Source: Octopus bimaculoides
Lineage: Eukaryota
Length of the DNA stretch: 45,254 nt
Reading direction: 5' to 3'
NCBI RefSeq assembly: GCF_001194135.2
Contig: NC_068983.1
Span: forward strand, 166,156,028-166,201,281
Shown here one piece after another: positions 35,916 to 45,254 of the stretch. The translations under genes and the position numbers were made by a program. Below the pieces are notes generated by a model, which was not told the origin of the DNA, did not search any database, and saw only the letters and a list, made by a program, of their open reading frames with translations. Numbering within the stretch: position 1 is the first letter of the stretch; each line of letters starts with the position of its first letter.

Positions 35916-36737
35916 ATGTATAGTCATTTAAGTCCAGTGACTTTACTTATTTGGGAGGAAGGTGCAGATCAAATTACAATTCAATGGCCATTCATCTTTC
36001 ATTCTAATAACTCAAAGAAATAAGGAATAAGGCATTCGATACTCAATGAACTATGCTTCACACACAAATGCAAAGCATGTCAACCCAGACACACATGAAA
36101 CACAGATGTATGTTCAATACATCAATGTGTGTTTACTAACCTAATGCTCACAACCTATATGTGTATAATATAGTGTCTATCACTAACTTTGTATTTATCA
36201 TTATGAGATGTCCATTTGTAGATCCCCCATCTATGTTGTTTTCATTGAAAAGTACAAAGCATATAGAAAGGGATGTGCAAATTTAGGTATCGAAAACCAA
36301 CTGAAATACTGAAGATGAGAATTAATAAAGACAATCTAGAAAGTTAATAGAATGTAGTCTGAATAAATATTGATCAAGAAAGAGTTTAGAAGTGATTTCC
36401 GTAGACAAGGAAATTAATGCTGTAAACCCGTAAAAACTATGCTAAACAAATGAAACATCAAGTTTGAATTGATACCAACATGCAGAATTGGTCTACAGTT
36501 GTTCCTGATGTTGAAGAAATTTAGAATATTAGAATAATCTCAAAGGAAGTATTGGTTAAGCTAATTATTCATGCAGAACAGAGAAGTATCTGAGTGAACT
36601 GAATTACTTTGGAAATAATCAATCCTCAGGGAAAGGGTTCAAAATGAAATTCAAACTTTAAATAAATTACAATAGAATATTTACTGTCAATAATTTTTCG
36701 TCAATATTCAAAACTAAATCTCCAGTGAATGTCTTAA

Positions 36738-36933
36738 CCCTTTCCTTGCCATATTCATTGAAATACATTGCCTTTGTTTTAATTAATTGAAAAAAATTAA
36801 TAAAGTAACTTTGTCAATATTAAGTTGGTGTTTGGAACATGAATTGATATGAAATTTTGAAGGAAGATTTTAATTTAAAACGGGTTTCTATCTTAGGAGC
36901 AAGGGTGATTTCAGGTAGGTTGGTATCAAAGGG
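36738..36933. mobile_element. piggyBac-like MITE (TTAA-CCCTTT...AAAGGG-TTAG)
   Basis: 6-bp inverted termini, TTAA left and TTAG right, homologous to 7390-7569. Confidence 0.65.
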
Positions 36934-37195
36934 TTAGGTAAAATATTTCTGTGGAGGAGGTACAAATAAGGCTCACATTGTCCTACACATTAAGGGCCCA
37001 ATACAAAGTAAAAGCAAGCCGTCTTCTTTCCCCCTCTCCCACACGTTTTAATTAGGAACACTTCACAATACAGAGTGACAAAAACAACCATGCAAATACA
37101 CAAAAGCACAAGCAACATTCCTTAACCATTAGTTTGGGCTGTTTGTGATGTTTACTTTAATAAGGTAGCACATTAAATGAAGGAATAATGATATA

Positions 37196-37852
37196 CAAGG
37201 TGGTATTAGAAAGTTTCTGACCTTAAACAAAAGAAAAAGGTACACTATTCCTTCAGTAAATAATGTTAACTTTCTCCCTAAACCCAGAATGAATATTACC
37301 AAATGTCAAAAACCAGAGGACAAATTTCACTGTAATACAAGGTATGTTTAGGTCTTCAGTGTGAATCTCCCGATAAGACTCCATAACTGATTCTGATCTG
37401 ATTGAAAATCTGATGGAATATCAAGTGGATGGGTTCACTAGTCTTTTTTTTTCTACATTTTCTGATCTTTTTGCTAAAGATTGGTTGTTTTGAAGGTTCA
37501 CTGTCTTGGGCTGACATTCAACCAAGCTTGAAACATGCATGCCTCTGAAAACCCTGTGTCTGACAAAATGTTCACCAACAGCCTGAGGAAACATTCTGAG
37601 GGCCTCAGTTGTATATTTTAATGAGCTTCATTCAAAATTTGATGCAGGCCTGTTGCTTAAATAATATTATTAGTCATTGTGAAAATCACAGAACTGTTCA
37701 GATAACATTCCCAAACCTCACAAGTGAACACAAGTAGACAGCATAAAGTTTGTTTATAGGCTGGCTCCCAATGACTGTCAGCTATGAATGCATATCTGTT
37801 AACCATTACAATCAGAGCATGTGCAGTCAGAAACATTTTGGTAACACAGAGA
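37196..37852 (-). mobile_element. internally deleted mariner element (N-terminal HTH region only, irritans-like)
   Basis: Degenerate TIRs gtggtattagaaagtttctgac (37200-37221) vs reverse complement of 37826-37847, 17/22 matches. Decayed coding similar to QRACIKFCxKL...TExLRMxxQAxGEH...LNxxxITVKFV. Confidence 0.7.
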
Positions 37853-37859
37853 AAGGTGT

Positions 37860-38075
37860 TATACAACAACTCATGATTGCAGGATAGTGGTTTCGATTCC
37901 TGGACCGGGTAGTGTGTTCTTGATCAAAACACTTAATTCCATGTTGCTCCAGTCCACTCACCAGGCAAAAATGAGTAATCCTGTAAGGGACTGTCGTCCC
38001 ATCCAGGTGAGGCATATAATCACCACAGAAGCCGAGAAACCAGCCCTATAAGTGTATATGACTTTCAAAGGATCT
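37860..38075 (+). mobile_element. tRNA-derived SINE, third family (CORE-like plus V-domain-like blocks)
   Basis: B-box-like ggtttcgattcc, gtgttcttgatcaaaacactt, and cctgtaagggactgtcgtcccatccagg. Domain names come from remembered consensus sequences. Confidence 0.5.
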
Positions 38076-38231
38076 CTTTTTATCCCCTTTTTTTTTTCTC
38101 TATACACCAACATCGTGTAATGCATATGCACAATTTAACACTTAATAAGAATCTCTAATGATATTTTGCTAACAAATGATGTGCAACAAGAAAATAAGAC
38201 TGAATCTAGTTTGGTTTATAAACTTAGCAAG

Positions 38232-38435
38232 TATAATGAAAAGTGTGTGGCTGTGCAGTTCAGAAGCTAGCTTCCCAACCACATGGTTTTGGGTTCAGTC
38301 CCACCATGGGCAAGTGTTTTCTACTATAACCCTAGGCCAACAAAACTCTTGTGAGTGGATTTGGTAAGTAGAAACTTAAAGAAATCTATTGTATATTTAC
38401 ACATGTATGTATATGTGTGCATGCATGCATGTGTG

Positions 38436-38470
<35 letters not shown>

Positions 38471-38715
38471 ACATGCATGCAGGTATGTATTAGCATCTCC
38501 TTGTCTTAACATTATGTGATGATTGTAAATGAGAGCCACTGTCATACAAGTAGAATCTTTCAATGAGAACATTTCTGGACTTGGGGAAATACTACCTTAC
38601 TCTGAAACAAGTGAGGATTAGTGACAAGAAGAGCACCCAGCTGTAGAAAGTGTGCTTCAACAGATTCTGTCCAACCATATAAGCATGGAAAAGCGGACAT
38701 TATGGTGATGATGGT
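38232..38715 (+). mobile_element. near full-length SINE family B2
   Basis: gtggctgtg...gggttcagtccca (B-box-like), gggcaagtgttttctactata, (GT)n, body, RTE-like tail gcatggaaaagcggacattatggtgatgatg. Confidence 0.8.
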
Positions 38716-39517
38716 GAGTGATCTAATTTTATTACAAAATTTAAGAACAGTTTTTTTCCCATGTTTTGTTTGAGCATAAATGAAAAAGAGAAAAGGTTGC
38801 AATATATAAGGCTTTTTAGAACTAACAAACAGTATCAAATTATAAGGAAAAGAAATCTATCAACATTTCAAACTACTTTGAATTATATATTTTATGTATG
38901 AAATTGTTAGTGAAAATTGAAGAGTGTAATAATATTTCACAGCAAAAAAAAAAAAAAAACTAGGATTAGGATTGTTTTTGCTCTTCTCCCTAAATGTAAT
39001 GTGACAAAATAATGAGTATTTTGATGTATATTTAAGCAATACCAGAGGAATTTTTATTAAAGAAAAGAAAATGATTTGGAAATTGCAACAGTAAACCAAT
39101 TTAGATAACGTGTGATTTTAAATGCATACTGTTTGAAAGAGAAGAACTAAACAACTAAAATCAATAAAATTGCTATTGAACTGCCATCAGAAATCATAAA
39201 TTCTGTGAGTTATTGTTTCAAGAACTATTATGAAAAAGTGGCTGAACCAGAGACATCATTTGTTAGAACAATCTAGAATTTCCAGTTTTAATGTATGATA
39301 AATATCTACTGGTGAAATGAAAAAAATATTAGAATTTAATCAATTATTTTTAAATAAAATATTTATTCTAGAATATTTTAGTAGGGAATGAAAATACATT
39401 GGAGAGGAATTTTGTTTAGTCTTTTCACTCACTGGACTGTGACCATGCTGGGACATCAACCCCCCGAAAATTTAATTCTATTTTCCCTTCTAACTATAAA
39501 CAATACAAAAACCACTA

Positions 39518-39733
<216 letters not shown>

Positions 39734-40961
39734 TCAAATGAGAACTTCATTTAAAAATAATTTTAACAGTCAACAAAGAAGTAAAACACAAAACTGCAAA
39801 GCAAACATTTGTGCACCTGCTGCACTAGAATAAAATATTATAGCTTATAATTTTTCTTTTTTAACTTTTTATATTTATGCTTGATATAAGAACTCCAGTT
39901 AGACGAAGTATATATAAGTATTCCTGCTGTTATCACTGGTCATTAAGAACATAAATTAAGCAATTTTCATTTGATTGCAGAAGTGGTTTGCTAGAAACTG
40001 GAAGGATATACTATATTTTCTTTTTGTAACAGATAGGAGACATATTTAATGAATTCAACTCCAATACATTACAGGTATTTGTTTTATTGACTCAAGAAGG
40101 ATGAACAGCATAGTTGAACTCAAGGAAGTTTAAATTAAGAACAAGGTGTTGTCTTGAGAAAAAAGTGATGTCCAAAAGAGTGATTTTACAGTTGGGCAAA
40201 ATATCGCAACTAATCAGCTTCTGAGAAATGATGATAAGGGCCAATATTATTAAGAAATAACATGTTGAGATTATAGACACCTGGGAAAGGAAATAGTATG
40301 TATCATAAGCAGTGGAGATTAGGTACCAATATCCTATCAATAAAACATGAAATCAATAAAATACATCTTTATGGAATCAATAAGTAAATTAACTGCAAAT
40401 GATCAAAAATTTAGTAATCACCGGAAGTGTGCAGATTTTAAGAAAATAATACATATAATGCAATACGTAGACAAATATTCATAATGACACATAAACCCTC
40501 AGGTAAACAGGTGCACATCGTCATCATACGCACACACACACAATGTTTATAACAATGAAAAAGCTAGTGAAACTTCACAAATTATTACATTTACAAATAT
40601 CACAGGAAATCAATGAAATAATGAATGTTTTTGAAGAAATGACTGGCACGGATGTGGACAATGTTGATAGTGATGACGCATGGTGTTATAGGAGTAAGAG
40701 AGGAAGATAAGGACACATAAATCAATGAGTTTAATATGTCATGGAGTAGAGCAAGAAGGGAGGATTAAATAGGCTAATTGCACTGTAAGATAAACCCACA
40801 CCAATTCCAATGGCCTATAGCACATGCAAGCAACCAATTAAATATCCTTGATAAGAATTACATTTTAGCATCATCATATGCACCAGCATATGCACTCATT
40901 TGTGTATATGTATATAGTTTTTAAATATACATATACACAAGCTTGTGTTGTGCTGTGTGTA

Positions 40962-41002
<41 letters not shown>

Positions 41003-43014
41003 CTGGTGGCCCCTTCAATGCGTAGAAGAAAAGAACCACAAACATGGTAGCAATTGTGTAGAACTAGGATTGCCTAATACAGAACATATGTTAGATATGT
41101 TTGCAAGAGAATCAAACAAGAAATCCCTACATATTAATAATAGACACAGAACGTAGAGAGCAGCAGAGGGGGTTTATTTTCTCCTCTTTCTTCTTGCAAG
41201 GTGCCAAAGATCATTCCTAAAACATACTGTATCTACTTAAGATAAACAATTAAATTAAATATCAGCTGCATCAGAGCTTGCTAGCCACCAGTATACCTGT
41301 AATGGAGAGCCAACTGTAAGGCACAAAGGAAACAAAATATAACAAACATTACTGTTCTTTAATCAAATAATTGTTTATTTAACTTAATGACTATCTTCTA
41401 CAGACATCTTACTCCGAGCTTTCCTTTTTCTTGCTTTGCTCCCTTCTCTCATTTGTTTTCAACTTTGTACCTAAAGTTACCTTTAAGGAGTCAGGACTGT
41501 TGCACCACAGCACTTAACTCCTGCCTCAATAATACTTTATTAATTTCCTTACAGACAAGGATTAACACAAGCAGCTTACAGCAGGATCTATTGTTTAGTA
41601 AGCAATCAAGACAAATGAACATAACATGGAAACAACACACACACACGTATGTAAATGAAACCCCCCCGACCATAGAACTCTACAGAATATTAATCAGTAA
41701 CAATACAAGTTATAAGCTACCATATCGGACACTGGTGCATTCTTCTCACAGCATGACTCAAAGATACGGCAATTAAATAGACTTAGTCATGTTGAAAGCT
41801 TATCTCTTGGTCAGATGTACTGTAACATCTTTCCAGCTTTCCAGTAAAGTGTATGTTTAATTATTAACAATGATTATTATGTCACAAGCAGAGACATAAT
41901 ATCTGATCTCTCAAATATTAATCACTTCATGGAGCTCAAACTCTCTTATGATTCTGATCAACTGAACAAATGTTCTTTAGAAATAAATTTGACATTTTTA
42001 TTTAAAAGTTCGTTATAATTCTCCTTTCATAAGCGCAATTTGAAAATTATATGCACACGTGTAAGTCAAAACAATAAACACAGATCTCCAAATTTTAATT
42101 AAATCTGTCGACAGAACGGGGTCAGATTTTGATTACAAACCCAGTTCTGTTAAGCTAAACCACCAAATTAAATCCAACCATACCACATCTGTAATAGACT
42201 TAAAGACTCCCACTTGATAAGATATATAAACAACCACACACCTTTTATAATATTGGAATAAGTATCGCTGATTTTAAACGCCAAGAGTTACAGTTTGGAT
42301 AAAAGAATAAAACCTACTTTCCTTCTCAGTGCGAGCTGCTTAGCCCAAAATAGATGCTCTGACTAAATAAACGAATGACTCAGTGAGTAAGTTAGACATG
42401 CATAGGAACATAAATAGGAGCAAAATGTCTGAATGGTTAGAGCTATGGTTACATTGTCACACTTGTAACCAACCAGGAAAACATCACTGGTGAGTAGTTC
42501 CTTAGAAGTATCACTTGATATCATCTTTCACTTAATGTTTGGCTAAATTCATTATACAGTAACAGCAGTTAGCCCTTGGTCTAATTTGACCTACAGTTGC
42601 AAAGCTTACCCTGGACTTAGACTGTACTGTACTGTCATATTCTAGCAGCCTGGCTTCACAGATAGCATCACAGTATTGATGGCACATCTCTTCAACCGAG
42701 GTCAGCCTCAGTTGAACAATCTGTTATCTGTCTAATAACATCCCAACATTCCACTGAGTCACATAAAAGCTCAACTTCTTGCATCACTGAATTTTTCACT
42801 GCTGCTAGAGTGGGAAACAGCCAGCATGATTCTTGGAAAACCAAATGGCTATAAATCTGATATGCTTTTCATTTACCAGTATTATTTTATAGATTTAAGC
42901 ACAGATAGCTTTTGCATTTACTACTTGGTGAGTTGAATATGCATTGCAAGCGAAGAAATACTGATTCAACATACTGAGTTAACTGGTACTCACAATATTG
43001 AAGCATCTGCTATC

Positions 43015-43210
43015 AACACCAGCAGCTAAGCAGTGGAGGGGGCACGGACACACACACACACATGCATGATAGGCATCTACATAGTTTCCATCAAACAAAT
43101 TCACTTACAAGGTATTGGTTAGCTTGAGGCGAAAGCAGAAGACACTTGCCCAAGGTACCACATAATGGCATTGAACAATGAGATTGCAAAGTACTTCTCT
43201 TAACCACACT
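43015..43210 (-). mobile_element. SINE family B, degenerate
   Basis: aattcacttacaagg...gaagacacttgcccaaggtaccac...cttaaccacac. Confidence 0.65.
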
Positions 43211-43478
43211 GTCAAACTGAAAGCATTTGAAACAACATGCTACTAAAGAGTGCCAAGGATCAGTAGGGCCAACATTTTCTCAAATGTTAACAAACAAGTC
43301 AGTCCTTGAGTGAATTGGAAACAAGAGATTCTTGACACTGTTTGAAAGAGAAAGCTGCAGCATTTTGGTCGCATTATCAGTGCCAAGAATCTCAGCACCC
43401 ACATCCTCAAAAGGAAATGAGGAAGAGTGAGACCTAGAAGATGCTGGCTGAATGATATGCAAGATTAGGAAATAGAGT

Positions 43479-43597
43479 TTTATGTCATGTTTTAATTTAT
43501 GTCATGTTTTAATTTATGTCATGTTTTAATTTATGTCATGTTTTAATTTATGTCATGTTTTAATTTATGTCATGTTTTAATTTATGTCATGTTTTAA
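43479..43597. repeat. 17-bp minisatellite (tttatgtcatgttttaa)x7
   Basis: Seven identical units. Confidence 0.98.
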
Positions 43598-43989
43598 TTA
43601 TCTAAACATTTGAAGTCTAGGTTCCAGCTTGATTGAGGCTATGCCAAGTATTTGCTGTTGTTACAGATCTTTTCTGTTTGGCTGCCACTTAACAATTTCT
43701 TCAATTTTGTTCAAATTGATTTCATATTAGGGGTATTGATGTATGACAATTATTGACATGAAATTCATTTCTGTTATAAATCAATAAATAAAGAGTTAAC
43801 AGCTTTTAAAGTTTGCAAATTTGGGGCAATTTTAGCCAATTGAAAGCCAGAGATATACAGGTGCCAAGCTGTTACCGAGTTGCTTACCCATCTGTTGCTA
43901 TCCTGTCCAGCCATATGGTCATTTTTCACTTATAAAATGCTTAAAACACATGAGGTATGAGGTGGTCATGATATGTGCTAAAAGTAACA

Positions 43990-44380
43990 GCTAAATAAGC
44001 CTTAAACCACGCACCAAAATCTTTATTTTCAGTTTTTGCATAATCATATGAATTCTCATGTAGAATACACGAGAATTCATGAAAATTTTCTGAAAATTTC
44101 AAAAAATAGAAAAGTTATATGGCATGCATAAAGCAGAATTCTGCCAATATTTCATTTGTTAACAGATTGATATTAAAACACGTGCCATCACACACAAAAG
44201 TCCTGTTTTCTGACTGAGTAAAAATGATCAAACTTTAAACCTCTGTAACTTTTTTCAAAATTTTTCTGGAGCAAATGAATTAGGCCTTGAGATTCAGCAT
44301 GAAAAATTACATCAATACACCAAATTTGAAAATTTTCACTTAATTTTAGAATTTCAAAAAGTACAGCCAAACAGAAAAAG
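43990..44380. mobile_element. possible non-autonomous DNA transposon remnant
   Basis: Only compositional hints (gaattctc...gagaattc, aaattttctgaaaatttc, ctgtaactttttt, accaaatttg). No termini found. Confidence 0.2.
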
Positions 44381-45019
44381 TCTGTTGTTACTCCAAGAGA
44401 AGTAAAGTATAATTGATTGAATAACTCCCTCACTTGTCTTACCTGTACAATTTTTTTGGCATTGGAATCAAAATGACAGCTGCAAGATTTTTGTACTCAG
44501 GTAATGTCACTGAACTCAATACCATAGCACTTAGTCTCACTCTCTATCCTTCAATGATATCATCACCACCATTTCTAGTGATCTTACACACACATATGTA
44601 AAAGGCTCTCTTCAGTTGCTCCACCAAGAAGATTACCATCTACCATTCCAGTGATATAAGTACTTTATGTTTTATCTTAGTCTACCAGCAAAAAAATTTT
44701 AAAAAGTGTTTAGGTAAATCTGCTCCTAGCTACAATATATTTGCTACTAAAAAGAAAAAAAAAGCCTCTATCCTCTGTTTATCTAAAATGTTAATGAGAA
44801 AGTAATCTGACAATGGACAGGAGGACGTGAGTAAGCCTAGAATAAGAGAAAGTAAAGCAAAAAGAAAAAAAAAAAAACTGGATCAAAGTAGAGAAGTACT
44901 AAACTTATCTCTGTTGGAGCTGAAAGACACCAAGAGAAGAATTATAGAGAAAATAGCACTTAACCAGCTATCAACTTGTTTGATTGGTGCCAACATAGTG
45001 ACTTTGCTTTATATATATA

Positions 45020-45254
45020 TCATCATCATCATCATCATCATCGTTTAACGTCCGCTTTCCATGCTAGCATGGGTTGGACGATTTGACTGAGGACTGGTGA
45101 AACCGGATGGCAACACCAGGCTCCAGTCTGATTTGGCAGAGTTTCTACAGCTGGATGCCCTTCCTAACGCCAACCACTCAGAGAGTGTAGTGGGTGCTTT
45201 TACGTGTCACCCGCACGAAAACGGCCACGCTCGAAATGGTGTCTTTTATGTGCC
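45020..45254 (-). mobile_element. young RTE LINE 3' end, truncated by window edge
   Basis: (CAT)n then gtttaacgtccgctttccatgctagcatgggttggacg; reverse complement of 30040-30210, with CpGs retained. Confidence 0.9.

Overview
AT-rich, microsatellite-rich eukaryotic DNA with two assembly gaps. The repeat families look like those I know from Octopus; this species call is inference. The whole window appears to lie inside one large minus-strand gene, an ARHGAP39 (Vilse/CrGAP, WW-WW-MyTH4-RhoGAP) orthologue. Two coding exons are recognisable. 39710-39572 encodes the second WW domain ([46 protein letters not shown]). 11391-11296 encodes TLKQNTEVRDDDSKQICIKREMGTQTPDSRSP. They join in phase 0 across a 28,180-bp GT-AG intron and rebuild the conserved PLAKLQ-TLKQNTE junction. 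The first-WW exon and the MyTH4/RhoGAP exons were not found and presumably lie outside the window. The introns hold RTE LINE 3' fragments, at least three tRNA-derived SINE families, two mariner remnants, piggyBac-like and Tc1-like MITEs, minisatellites and microsatellites. I found no convincing new multi-gene system. The best leads are: an 81-nt near-perfect intronic hairpin with an A:C mismatch on the transcribed strand; a 65-66-bp double-hairpin repeat array in RTE 3' UTRs; two candidate internal promoters with phase-0 first exons that would give WW-less isoforms; and a TQT (LC8-type) motif in the 96-nt exon. Repeat boundaries are approximate (about +/-20 bp) unless termini are stated.
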